NCBI GenBank assembly: GCA_000165425.1 | Contig: CT868263.1 | Span: 124,001 to 188,000, forward strand | Direction of reading: 5' to 3' | Source of the DNA: Paramecium tetraurelia | Lineage: Eukaryota | Length of the DNA: 64,000 nt | Shown: in pieces, positions 44,122 through 57,974 of the stretch | How positions within the stretch are numbered: the stretch's first letter is position 1 | Layout of the letters: the number at the start of each line of letters is the position of its first letter | Notes under the pieces: model-generated | Databases searched by the model: none | What the model was told of the DNA's origin: nothing | The model's input: only the letters and a program-made list of their open reading frames with translations | Program-made: the position numbers and the translations under genes

Positions 44122-44900
44122 ATGCACGAATCTCTTAAGCAATATCTGCCTAAAGATTACAAAAGGAGAGCCTATTATACTCCTTACGATGTCTCAGTCC
44201 ATAATACAGCCAATGACTTGTGGGTAAGCTTTTTCGGGAAGGTTTGGGATCTTACATAACTTGTCTAAGAAAATATTTCATCGAAACTATGCGAACCATT
44301 AATCAAAATAGCTGGAAGTGATATATCTTATTGGTTCGATAAATAAACTGGAGAACCCAGAAAGTAAGGAATTTTCATGATTATTTTGAATAGATAAGTA
44401 GATATCAATACAGGGTTGATAACCTATTATTGTCCATAGGGCAGATATTTGCACATTCCATCATCTGATCCTTGTGGAGATGATGAGCTTGGGGATCATT
44501 CAAAACCGTAATAAATTATCATTGATTATTTCAAGATGGTGGAACAACGAATAACAATATTGTATTGGCAATTTGAGTCACAAAACAAGAAAGGTGAAAA
44601 TAATCAATATGCTTACAGATCACGAAGACATTATTGAAGTATTTTTAATATCAACTCAACTTTAAGGTGCCATCTGAAGAAACTATAAATGAAATTCTTG
44701 ATAGGTATAAGTAGATCAATGCACATGCTGCCAGTTATACTTGGAAGAGATTGGGAAAACCTTTGGATATGGAATTAACTTTGAGTGCCAATGGAATACC
44801 TGATGAAACTGATGAATTTGAATAATTAGGAGTCCCTGAAAGTTAGTGGTATATACCAGCAATTCATCTATATTTTAATGATGATTTAACAGTCGCTTGA
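44122..44900 (+). CDS. CYB5D1: Cytochrome b5 domain-containing protein 1 (ciliary radial-spoke associated)
   Basis: [67 protein letters not shown]. Confidence 0.92.
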
Positions 44901-44928
44901 TATGAATCATTATTATATATTATTATAT

Positions 44929-47333
44929 ATGATTAAGCGTAATCTTAAATGGAAAATTAATTCCTAAAGAGACAGTAGTAAAAACAAACCAAAATCAATT
45001 AGTATTGAATCTTCCCCTCGAAACCCAATATACCTAATTCGGAGAGAAGTCAAATCTAAAAATTCATAATTAAAAAGTAATTTGACAACTTATACCAAAT
45101 ATGTCTTCCATTCTAATTATATCAGCCCAGTGAGTTCTCCAAACACATCCAAAATCATTAGATCAGATGAATAACAGATAGGTTAGCCAAACAATATTTG
45201 CAATTAAGAGAGAAAACATTCATTGAGTACCCTTTCAACAGAAAATCGGAGTTTTAAAAATAAATTCACTACAAATAATCGCCAATTTTAAACAGAATCT
45301 GTATAATTCTTAACCCAACAATTGACAGAATAAAATTAGGATATTCATGTTGATAATTAAATATAATAAAACATAGATATTGATATTGAATGTTCTCATC
45401 TTGATATTTAACTAAGGAGAATTTCGTAAATTTGCTTATTTGATGATAAGAAGAAGAAAAAATTAAAATAAAACATGCAAAATTTTGAATTCAAAGACCA
45501 TAAAAAAGCTAATTCATCAATTGATTAAGTAATTAAATTAGTAAGAACAATAAAATAGCCATCATATCGATATGAAGCATAATAGAGATCTTCTAAAATA
45601 TGGTTAGAGAATGTGTGTTTTGAACCATTAGAATTAAAATAAAACTACACAGATACTTAAAGTTAATTTAAGTTTTATTTTAGTCAGTATTTTGATAAAA
45701 ATTTAAAATTGCATAGAATAATCGAGATTAATAATTAGCTTTTACAAGTGATGAATGATAATCAATAAATTATCTAAGATATTTAAGAATAGAGAAAAGC
45801 TTTCTTTTTAAATAAAATTTAAAAGGCTGAAAATTTATTCAGGTTTTACCATGATATATAAACATTTGGAATGTATAATATAAATTTAATATTAGCTAGG
45901 TTAAACTTTTTAAATGAAGATTCTCAATTAAGTATTACATCCAATCATAATAACTCATAAATAAATTAAATAAAAGAAGTTGGTGATGATTAATCAGATT
46001 AGTTAGAATAAACATAAAATTAATTAATTTCAAAAAAAGTAATTTTCATTCCTCCAAAATTTAATATAAATTTAAAAATACATCAGTTTAAAATCACTTT
46101 CATTATTTCAGAATTGGATTTAAAATCCAAAAATAACCTATTATCAGTTGATTACACAACTATGGATTAATAAATATATATGGATAACATTAACAAAATT
46201 GTACCAACTTTTCAAGAAGAGTTTACAAATCCAATATTTTTTAAAGATTACTCGCAACATTACAATCAAATTTATAAAGATATATTAAATGGTAATTTTT
46301 GCAATATTAACCCTATTGATGATTTAGAATTTGAAGCTCCAAATCTTGAAATGATTGAAAATGGAAACAATGACAAAATAAATGGAATTGACAAGAGAAA
46401 AATTCTTATTTCTTTAAAAAAGCAAAAGAATTGGTAAAGCGGAAATTTAAAAAAATAAAATCAAGAAGTAATTGATGGATTACATTCATAAAGAGCTAGT
46501 GTATAAGTAGTTCCCAATAAACAAGGACAAGAGAATGTTGCTGGATCACCTTTGCTTCCATAAATAAACATTTTATAGAATTTAAAATAATCACCCAGAA
46601 AAAAAAGTTTCAGTAGGTCGATTCATTCTAAAAATATTGGAGATAATATCTTATCAATTTAAAAAGCAGATTCTTAATTCAAGAATCAAATTGATACATC
46701 TAAATTAATAAAATAGTAATGTCTAAATCTCAACAATAATTCACTAAACAATTATCAGACAATAATTTATTATAATAAAAAACTATAAAGAAAGAGGAGT
46801 CAGGTAGAGATCTTACAATGGTATCATCTATTAAAGTAGATTCTATTTAATAAGATTCTATTTCAGATTCAATTCAGTCGAATAAGCAATAAATAAATTT
46901 ATAAAATGTAAATTTTAATTTAAAACCAAGAAAAATGCAAATCCTTAGAGTGTTAAATTAGAAACCCTATTACTATATGATTAGATGATAAAAACAAATA
47001 GATCTAAAAAAAAGATTGTAAAAAATTTAATTGAACACGGATTGTTAGATTAATTTTAAGAGTTTATGGATGTTCATAAAAATTTCAATTTAAATGGTCT
47101 TACAGAAGATGGAATTCCATTTATTTCCCTTGCAGCAGCCAATGGAAATAAAGGTATTGTTAGACATATGTTAAATTTTAATGTTAATTTAAATTAAATT
47201 GATGTAAGATCGATTGTCTATATAATTTTAGAAACATTTCAATACTCCACTCCAATATGCTATGTTCCATAAAAATTTTGATGTAGCTGATCTACTTTTA
47301 CAAAATGGGGCCAACCCTTCTATGAAACTTTGA
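44929..47333 (+). CDS. Large Gln/Asn-rich protein with C-terminal ankyrin repeats; possible 1-nt frameshift near 46705
   Basis: GIPFISLAAANGNKGIVRHML...FNTPLQYAMFHKNFDVADLLLQNGANP*. Confidence 0.7.
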
Positions 47334-47404
47334 GGATATTGATTGTGTTAATGTATACTATTTTTATAACATGGAAATAAAATTAAAAATAAAGATAACG
47401 TTAA

Positions 47405-48037
47405 TCAACAATAAGGACAGTAGTGTTTTTTGAGAGGTTTAAGTTGTCTTCCATATTTTCTTTATTTCTGAGAGTTGGTAATCCAAAAAAAATTACACAT
47501 TTGATTTAGACAATTCTGAATTTGTAGTTAATAAGTAATACATTTTAGTTATTATTCATACATTTAATTAACCAAATGCTCTATACCTCTTATTTTAAGC
47601 TGTCTCACTTACTCTGGACATAATTTCATCCCACAAAAACAAGAAAAATGGGACTAGGTATCTGAGAGTTATTCTTTAAATAGATCAAGGATACACTTTT
47701 CATGAAACATATGCTAACCAGTATCACAATGGATTATGATTTTATTCTGAAAATTGAATTTTTTACATCTAAAGCAGTCCTAGTCCTTATTATAACTTAT
47801 GCTCACACTTCTTTCAAATTTTAGATTGCAGGGACTCTAATCAAGAGTTTTAAGACGACGATTACAGCTTTTTCTTGGAGAGAATGAACTTTTATTTATA
47901 TTTGCAAAGGCTCTGATCTAGAAATCTAATTCTTTCATTATCCTATTTTGTAAATGAATAGGGACCACATTTTTATGAACAAGAACATCCCTAATAAATT
48001 ACATTTTTTCACATCTCCAATTAGAGTGAAAATTCAT
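47405..48037 (-). CDS. RING-like zinc-finger protein with partial IBR-like C-terminus
   Basis: CFRC...HCDTGQHMFHEKC...CFCG; CLNQMCNFFW...YCPYC*. Confidence 0.65.
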
Positions 48038-48203
48038 TATAATTAATAAAATTAAATATTAATTGCTTTAAGATCAATCCCATTTTTAATAGGTTAAAAC
48101 TATTAACTTTATGAGATTATCAATATTAACTATATTAATATCAGATATATTAAATAATAAACGATTTTATTATAACAATTAATAATTATTTTACATTGAA
48201 TCA

Positions 48204-49701
48204 TCATTGTTTTAATTCTCCACAATCTGCTATAACAATACTAACTTTTGGTTTATCCTACTCTGTTTCAATTTTCTCAATTACATCAAGCAATTCAATA
48301 CCCTTAGTTATTTTACCGAACACAACATGTTTACCTATAATTTACATTTATTTCTTTACCATCAAGCCAAGGAGTGTCCTTAAAAAGAATGAAAAATTGA
48401 CTTCCATTTGTATTTGCACCAGCATTGGCCATACTCAAATACCCTCTTCCAGTGTGTTTATGAGTAAAGTTCTCATCTGCAAATTTCTCTCCATAAATAC
48501 TTTCACCACCAGTACCATCTTAAATATAATAAAAATTCATACTTCCTTAAGTGAAATCTCCTCCTTAAATCATGAAATCTTTAATCAATCTATGAAATTT
48601 GCAACCCTTATAATGCAGATTCTTTCCTGATTTGCCAACACCTTTCTCTCCTGTACAAAGAGCTCTAAAATTCTCGACTGTTTTTAGGACAAGATTTCTT
48701 GAATAGAGTAAATTCCATTCTTTTTGGTTCATCATCTCCAATTTTAATATCAAAGTATGTAGTTACATCGCTAGGATCACTTTCTTCTAAAGAAGTAGGT
48801 TTAGCCTCTTCTTCATAGTATGATTATTAAAATAATCTTCCATAAATGTCTTTCTCCTTTTTTTTGGATAGATTTATCTTGTTTTGAACCTCGTGCATCT
48901 CCTCAATAACAGCTTAATTATTTGGGTCAATAGCATAAGCTGCCTTCAAGTCCCCTTTTGCCTCATTATAATCGCCCAAACTACTATGTGCTATTGCTCT
49001 TCTATAATAAGCCTTAACTAATTAGGCATGGTTAGGTTTATCATTGATAACTTTAGATGCATGATCCAGAGATTCTTTGTAGTCCTTTGTATAATAATAG
49101 CAAAGACTAAGGTTTAAATGAGAAGCCAATTTTTGTTCATGAGCAAATTCTGTCTCTGCCTCAAAATAGCTGGCAGCCTCAAGATATTATTTAATGGCTT
49201 CAGGATAGTTCTTTTCCTTAAAAGCAGTTGTTCCCAATTCTTTAAATTTCTTAGCCTCAGTTGTTTTTTCTTCATCACTCAATTCCCTAATAATGTTGTA
49301 ATCACTTATACCATTTCTACTTTTATTTCTCCTTGAAATCAACCAATTAGACATCAAAAATAAGAGTAGCCCCTCCTGGTATTTTGGGAGGACTTCCTTA
49401 TTTTCCATATCCATAATCAGATTTAATTTTTAATTGCGCCTTTTCGCCCTTCTTCATTGATGCAACACCAACATCCCAACCTTTAATGACCTCTCCTTCG
49501 CCTAAAGTGAAACTAAAGGGATCCTTTCCTTCATTTGAATCGAACACTGTTCCATCCTCTAATTTTCCAGTATAGAACATCTTTGATAAATATTTTTGTT
49601 ACCTCGCATACATTACCTTATTAAGGCAAATCCCCTTATCCTTCCTGAAGAGTTAACTTTTAAATTCCTCCATCTTCGTTTAAACTAATGTATCCAGCCA
49701 T
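48204..49701 (-). CDS. Dual-family immunophilin: FKBP-TPR-cyclophilin (FCBP)
   Basis: [17 protein letters not shown]...VIKGWD...[27 protein letters not shown]...KAYYRRA; cyclophilin [16 protein letters not shown]...[15 protein letters not shown]...SQFF...WLDGKHVVFG. Confidence 0.95.
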
Positions 49702-50228
49702 TTCTATTAGAAATTTCTAGAAAAATAATTATTAAAATGATCAAAGAGTATAATAATTTGATTTTTTCATGAATAAGAATTATATTCTCTTTGATGTATT
49801 ATTTGCAGAAAATAAAATCTATTTAATAGTTCCATTATTAAAGCTGTTGTTTTAAATTATTACTCTGATTCAGATGAAAAATAACCAAGATGTTTTAATA
49901 TTCTACTTTTTACATAAAAATGATATAAATTAATTTAACTTATTATGTATCCAATTGAATATTTATCAAATTGCTTCATACTCTCATATTACCGTTGTTA
50001 TTCAAACTAAACTAATACCTTCTTTTTTTATTTTTTACTTAAGAAGCTGGTAAACTTAACCATCAATTCTTCAATATGATTCAAAATGGAGTGATGCAAT
50101 ACAGTATTATGGTTATAAAGATAACTAATTATCAATTAAACTATATTTATATTTAAGGGTTTGTACTTATTAAATTTATTTTTCAAGACTATTTTAATAT
50201 ATAAAATATATAAAAAAGCAAATTAATA

Positions 50229-50700
50229 ATGAACAAACCAGGAATTGGACTGATATCACTTCACATAGTTTTTATAGAGAAATCTTTTGGTGATAGTGAC
50301 GAAGGAAATTCTACTTTAGAATATTCTGAGAAATCTATATTGGACAATAATGTTCGATTTGCTGATGAAATTTTAATTTGTTTTTTTCATCAATCAGATA
50401 AGGTAACACAAATTAATGAGGGAAAAAAGAAAACTATCAAAGAAAATCTAAAATGAAAGATACTCGAATAATGAATTTATAATATTCTTTATATTCTACT
50501 CTTATTGACAATCTTTATTGACAAAGCAATGAAATTTAATATTTCACATTAACAAGATCTTTCTTCTCTCATCATCATTCATTTAATTCCATTCATTCGC
50601 ATTGATTCGAATTTCCTTTAAATCATATTTTTTAGAGGCCCCTTCAAGAATCCATTTATTAAAATAATGAAAACCAGTGTAATGTTTCTTGATTAAGAAA
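50229..50700 (+). pseudogene. Probable decayed gene of a small lineage-specific family
   Basis: Protein-like frame (VRFADEILICFFHQSDKVTQI...KENLK*KILEQ*...DKAMKFN...RIDSNF) interrupted by in-frame TGAs. Confidence 0.4.
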
Positions 50701-50759
50701 ATTATGTACCATATCATATGTAACATATAATGAATTATCTATCGATATGATGTGATTTC

Positions 50760-53700
50760 TCATTTAAATATAGAAATCAACATACTGGTTGTCAAAGTAA
50801 TAATTTACTTTATACTCGATCTAAGATTTATCAAGATATTGCATAAGGCTTTTGATTGATTAATTTAATTTTTAATTAGGAATTAATTTTGTATTAACTA
50901 TTTTTTTTCCATTTTCAATAATTTATTTTGCCAACTACTGTTGCTTCTAATTTAATTCTTAAATAATATATATGATACATTCTTACATAAATCTAAATGC
51001 ATACTAAATTCTAGGAGATTGTAGATATCCATAAACTGACGAAAAATGACTGGCATCTTAGTATTCGTAGGGAGATTTGGAAATTTGGACACTCTAAATA
51101 TTATTATTAGATACATACTCATTCATTAGATTGACAATCAATTTTTCATATTTAACAAAATAATTCTTTTTCTATTATTTCTTTAAGTATTATAAACTAA
51201 TCAGTACACTCCATAGAGTCTAAACATATGCCATAGGATTCACTGAAAGTCTCTATTCAATTTATATCTTATCTAAAATAGTCAATATTAATGACTCATT
51301 AAAGTATCCAATTTTGGCATAAGAGTTAAGAATATCTATCAATTCAAAACCACTATAAAATTACACTTTCCTTGAGATTTGCTTGCTCAATCCATCAAAT
51401 AATGATTCAACATAGACTCTTTATTCAGATAGATTTTGTAGAATTTCTACAATTTAGATTTATTTTACATTGTCTATTTGTCTTTTAATGAATTCAGTTA
51501 GGATTTAAATAGTGTCATCATTATTAAGTTTGATTTTCTTTGAAAATTCAATGTATTCCAAACAAATAGGAATTGAAGGTATCTCATGATTCCTTATATT
51601 ATGACATTTTAATAGCATTTTCTTAAACACATTTTCATAGTTTCTAATAAATTGATATTTTGAATCAAACTATCCTATAGTCTTCAGAATAGCTTTCAAC
51701 CCTGGTCTCATATTATTCATGGTTAATAGGTGATCGATATTATTAAATTATAATTCGATAAAGTCTTTTAAGCCATCTTCTTCATATTTTAAATTATTGA
51801 ATCTCCAACCATCATATTCCATCAAAATCATCAAACCATCTATATAATGTTCTTGTTATTTTGTTAAATCCAATTTTATGATCTCCTATTTCAATTGATC
51901 TATCATTAAATTTAATTAGACTTCATCTTGTTTCTATTGTAATCTTGCTTAATTTTTGATTTAAAAGAATAGCAATTTTGTTTTAATTAAAATAGCATAA
52001 TAAGTATCCATCTTCACTGCAATAGCTGAATTCAAAAAATTACTCATAGTAGGAGTAATCTGAAATTGATTGACATTAATTTCAGTGATTATAGTTGCTA
52101 CTTATAATTTCTCTAAGTCGCTCAAGCTTCCAATTTATTTGCAAAGTTATTAACAGATATTACTTATTATATTTGTTCTTAATTCTAATTATTAAAGCAA
52201 TTGATGAAATTTTATTAGCAATTCTATGTTGATTTCAATCTTCTGTTGAGTGTAATTAGCTAGTTTAGTAAATAATTCTATTAATTCTCTAATTGATTGT
52301 AAGACAGTCCCTCTCATATTATGAAGTGAATGATAAGGACAATTAATAATGAGTGTAAACAACAGATTTAACGATACATTAATATTAAAAGATTTTACAA
52401 CACAATTTCTCTCAGTTAAAGTGATAAAACTTTTGGCTATTTGTTTCACCAATTTATCATTTGCGAAATCAATATTGGTGATTTCATTTATGATTTTTTG
52501 TAATTGATCAAAGGTAGGAAGAAGTTGTTCAGTTCTTGTTCTCACTTCCTAATTAAAATGATATTTGCTATTTAATCTCATAAAGAAAATATAGAAATAG
52601 GAGTCTGGTAGTGATTCTAATTTGATGTGTTTATTAATAAATTCATAGAAAGGATCATCCTAATAGGGATCTAAAGTAAGTATTAAGGATGCAATTTTTA
52701 GTTATAGTTCATAATCTTGATTTCCTACTTACTTGAAAAAAGATTTAACACATTCTTTGATATTTTTTTTTTGTTGATTAAATCTGCAATTCTCAATATA
52801 TTTATGACAATAATGCATAGATTCAATGATTTTGAAAAGTAAAGTGTCATTGAGTTAATTTAGTTCAAAAATTTCATTTAATCTATTTTACTTTATGATT
52901 ACCTTTATGCAGTCAGCTTTTTATTTTATACTTAAAGAGTTATAGTTCCTTTTTAGAGTTTTTATACACAAACTGATGATGTTTTAGTATTAATCTTCAA
53001 ATTCAACATCGAGAAATTTTATCAGAAAGGCAGTCTCAATAATATTTTCAAAATTAATCTTACTTATTAGCATTTGAAGAACTTCAGTTGATGGTTTATT
53101 TTTTTGTTTCTGAATCTTTAAAAGGACATATAACTTCAATTGATTGGCATTAGTTAAATTATCTGATTCGAAGGATTATAATAATTTTAGAAATAACTCA
53201 TTGGGGAATGATTCTGGAAGTTCAGAGTATGCTTCTAAGAGTTTCAGTTTTGAATACTATGAGATTTTATCAAAGTTTTCAATGAACTTTTCTTTGAGTA
53301 TGTAAATAACTTCTGGCAGTCTTTTGTAAAATGAAGTCTAATCAAAGTGCATTCTTGCTAGTTAATTAAATACGGCCACTAAACCATGAAAATTTATATT
53401 GTCTATAAGGTTAATTAATTAGTGACAAGCTAAGTAAGCCAAATCTGAATGTTAAGTTGATTTGAAAGTGCTATATTCAATATAGCAACCCCTAATTATT
53501 TAACATAATGAATGAGCAGTGAAAGCCTGTGTTGGCAAGCACTGTGTTAATATTTTACCAATGTGTGCCATTTTCCATCCTTGTTTAGAGTAAAATGAAA
53601 ATACATAGGGCAATTACAGATATGTATAGTTTTTCAAGTTCTAATCTATGTGTCTCTTGATTTTAATGCTATAGGATTTAGTTTACAATTTCAAAAATAG

Positions 53701-54078
53701 TTAAATGACTGTAACACATTGTTCTGAATTCAATTTCTCAAAATTAGGTATGATTGTTTCTTATACAAAAGCATCTAATTAACTATCATGTAGATAATGC
53801 TTATCTGTAACAATGTTCATCAATTAAAATGCTGCAAAATGAACCTATTCGTATGATAAATTATTATCTTTGAAAGCCTTAATAACTTCCTCGGTTGTTT
53901 ATGCATTTACAAAATGTTAATACACCTCAAATTTACTGAGAAGAGTCTTAGACTCATAGTCAATTTCTCCATCAGAGAGATACTCCTATTCCTTATAAGC
54001 TGATTGTTATGAGAAGCATGCTATGCTCCTTTTAAATAATCTTAAAGGGAGCTTGGATGTGAATAGAAATTTTAGCAT
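50760..54078 (-). CDS. Large alpha-helical-repeat protein, probably mitochondrial; 3' end uncertain
   Basis: About 3.2 kb open code-6 frame; basic, acid-free N-terminus MLKFLFTSKLPLRLFKRSIACFS; repeats such as LIDILNSYAKIGY resemble FASTK/HPR-type helical repeats. Confidence 0.65.
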
Positions 54079-54212
54079 AAATAAAATTTTATATAAAAAA
54101 TATTTAAGTAACTAAGAAAATAATGGTAATAGTTCCTGTCATAGTAATTAAATAGATTTTCCATATTCATGTAAAATAAAATTGACTTAACAAAGCAAAT
54201 ATATAAATAGCA

Positions 54213-55924
54213 TCAGATTTTATTCATAATAATTTGAATAAATTCTTCTTCCGATATTTTACCATCTTTATCTTCATCGCACTCCTCCAAAAACTCATTC
54301 CATAATATATCATCCACTCCTTCCATAACCTATTGAAATTCATCCTTGGAAATGAAATTGTTTCCATCCTAACATTAAAGTATATTAATACCATGTCAAG
54401 AATCTTAAAGGCTTGTTTTATCTTTTCTTCAGTTAACATCCTTTGTTGTTACAGACAGACAATGATGAACTCTGTGTAGTCAATTTTACCAGATAAATTG
54501 GTGTCTATCTGTTTAATAACCTTATCCATTTGTTCCTCCAATGACTCTACAAAGTAATCTTTATTCAAGAGTTTCTCTTAAAATGCCATAACAAGTTCTT
54601 CTTTAGAAACAGTTCCATCTCCATTTTAATCTAGTTCTTTAAACTTCTTTTGAATATCTTCTACCTCATTTTATTGTATCATCTAACATGCCATGAATGT
54701 AAGCAACGATTATTTTAATTTACTTTTGGCACTGAATTATGAAAGGTTCTTTAAAAACTGTTGATCAACTAAATTTGTTTAGTTGTGCTCTTGCATCCAT
54801 GGATCGTTTAATGCATCTTAGGCACTGATTCTTTCGTCTACATTTTTACTAAGCATTTTTAAAATCAATTGCTTTGCAGGTTCACTAACTCTAGACCATT
54901 CTGCAGCTAGAAATTGTGAGAATAAAAAGATACTATGAAATGAAACTTGAGCTCTGACTATTTTTTGGTAAATGTCTAGTTCTTTTTTTCCATAGAATGG
55001 AGGATATCCTGCTAATAGAATAAATAGGATCACTCCACATGACCACACATCACATTTCTCATTATATTATTTTAGGAGAACTTCAGGTGCAATATAATAA
55101 GGCTATGCTTAAATTTTGTATTAATACAGTTCCTAATCTTTTGGTCATTTTTTTATTTGATTCGAATCTTCTTGAAGTGCCAAAATCAATAATTTTGAGT
55201 TGTGCATCTTCATCTTTGGATGTAAATACAATATTCTCAGGTTTCAAATCCCTATGAACAATCTTTTTGGTGTGACAATAAGCAACACCACTCAGAATCT
55301 ATCTCATTATATGAGCTGCATCCTTTTCACTGAAGGTTTTAGCCCTCTAGATTCTATCGAAAAGCTCCCCTCCTTAAAGATACCTAATTCATCATAACCA
55401 TTAATACTCAGTCACAAGATAATAATACTTTTCATCCTAAAACAACTCACACAACTTAACTATATTCGGATGATCAAGATCTTTTAAAATATTCATTTCT
55501 TAAAATAATTTTTATTCTTCCTCTTCAAATAAACTATCTTTCCTTATTGCTTTCATGGCTCTGATCATTCCTAATTCTAGCATTGAATCAATTACCTGTT
55601 CTTTTGTTGGTTACTGTCGATACTTGACCATAGGCCCCTCAAATATAAAATAAACAATACCCTCTCCTAAAGCCTTCCCAAGCGAATAAACACTATAAAT
55701 ATCTTAGCGTTTCATGGGTATGAATAGATCCGGACTGACTTTCAGCAATGTTATTTTTTCTGGAAAAGCACAAATTTGAAAATAAATTACTTGCAGCTTG
55801 ACACGAATATTTCTTATCCGTTGAGTTGAAATCTATGGGTCTGGTCTCAATTTGAGTTTCATTACCTTATTACAACAATTAAGATACTATAAGTAACTTC
55901 CTAAGCACAACAATAGCTTCCCAT
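54213..55924 (-). CDS. Calcium-dependent protein kinase (CDPK) with N-terminal acylation motif
   Basis: [56 protein letters not shown]; four EF-hands ([46 protein letters not shown]). Confidence 0.95.
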
Positions 55925-57099
55925 TTTTAATAAAAAATAGGTAAAGATGTAAATTAAAAAAAAAATTGAATATATATGTTTATTTTGGATGTCTACTAAT
56001 AAGTAAGAAAGAGGACATCCATTAACAAGAATAATATTAATCTTGTATTCAAAATTTCTGATGCTTTGATTTAAAACAAACAAATTTGGAAATCACAACA
56101 ACTTGCTAGCAGTTATTATGAAAAATAATAAGATTGAGAAGAATTAAAAATGAAATTACATTTAAAAATCAGAAACTTATATAGAATCACTTATTGATGA
56201 CCATTTAGAGATTTGATATTTCTCCTATTAATATTTTCAATTTATATAATATCTTTAATTCTTTATTCGTTCATATCTAATAAAATGGAAAAATATTTCG
56301 TTATTTTAGTAATAAATAGAATGCATTTCTCATTTTGTAATTAAGTTATAAATGAAACAGAATGACATTGTCGTTATTGTTCAATTCAATAATATCATTT
56401 ATTTAATTATAGTATAACATGGAATTTTAGGGAAATCATTGTAACTTCAATATTACAGATTTCTAATAGACTTTTGATATTAAGAAAAGTAAATAATACT
56501 CTAAATTTAGATTGGGAATAAGTTTTCTAAATTAACTCATTATGGAATTTATAATCAGTTATTTATAGAATTGTTGAATTATTATAATTGCCAACTTTAT
56601 CATCTAAATAAGCAATAAACTAGATAAATTTCTATCTCAGTCTTACACAATCATTAATTATCTAGTTTAATTATAAAGATATATGAAATTATTTGCAATA
56701 ATATAGATGAGCTTGAAGATGGAGCAATTAATCAATATAGTGTTGTAATATGGTTTATATTTGGTGAAACTATTTATATGGTAATAGATTTTGAAGTAAA
56801 TTAAAAAGAATTAAGGATTTTTTAAATTCCGTCACATTTCTGATAAGAGAATTCAAATGTGTCTTTATAATATCTTGGATACCGAAAGAGTAGCGAATTT
56901 TATTCTAGAAATCAGATTTACGTCTATATAAGGTATTGATAATATCAGAAATTTTGGATTTAATAGAAGATATTTATAATCTATTATTAAGTAAATACAA
57001 AAGTGAATTAATTTAAAATTTATTTAAATCTTCAAATTAGTTTATTTGATATCATAATAATTCTCTTTATAACTCAAAATTCCTTCTTTGAGTGAATTT

Positions 57100-57884
57100 G
57101 ATAGATATCGTACGGAGATTTAAATTAAAACTTTTCTTTTCATCATTGATAAAACTTGTTTATATGTCATATGTAGGTTGAGTTTGAATGATTTAATCGT
57201 CTATTTTGAGATTTCCATGAGAAGAAGTTCCTATATTGCTCGTATTCTGTTATATTTATGGATATTATTAACAATTAATTTTAAATTGATTTCCAGATTA
57301 ATTTAAATCACTTTCCATAATTTATTTTTTCATTGCAAAAGTTTGGGCATATTAATTAATCTCATCAAAATTGGGAAGGAAGGACTAATACATCTCTTTT
57401 ATTTTTGGTTCTACATTTTTTAAATTACTTGCATCTAATTTGAAATAGAATAAAAAAAATTAATTGAATTCTTCTGATTGCTTCAAGTTCAACATCTAAG
57501 AGGCATATATAATACTTTCTATATAAGTCATTAATCCTTAGACGCTGTCAGTTTCGCCTTGACATGCAATAATTTTATAGGCTTAATCTTTTAATACTTA
57601 ACAATAGGCAATAATGAAATTAACAGTATCAAGATACTTCTTTTGTTAACACAATTTAGAAAATAGGAGAAACTCTTAATCTTTATTCCTGTTGTCATAC
57701 TTCATTAACTACTACAATTGGTCCTCAAATTAACTAGTTTTAGATAGATCTTCATTCTTTCTTAGCATTGCGTATTATTTGAGCTATGATAGGGAATGAC
57801 AGTTACTTTTTCAATTTTGATCTTGATTTCTGATTCTGTTATTCTTTTTTACTGTATTATAACCTTTGGTTAGTGACATCCCAT
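57100..57884 (-). CDS. Hypothetical protein starting MGC (possible myristoylation); internal structure and end unresolved
   Basis: MGCHQPKVIIQQKRITESEIKIKIEKV...; frame changes need introns or indels that I could not place. Confidence 0.35.
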
Positions 57885-57974
57885 GGAAACAATTAAATTT
57901 AATTAAAATACAAATTTTTACAATTATCCTTTGATTATTTTTAATTAAAACAGTATATTTGCCACAATATTAAA

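Noticed and set aside
48196..48630. 144-aa plus-strand ORF
   Set aside because: Antisense to the cyclophilin domain; crosses its introns without a motif of its own
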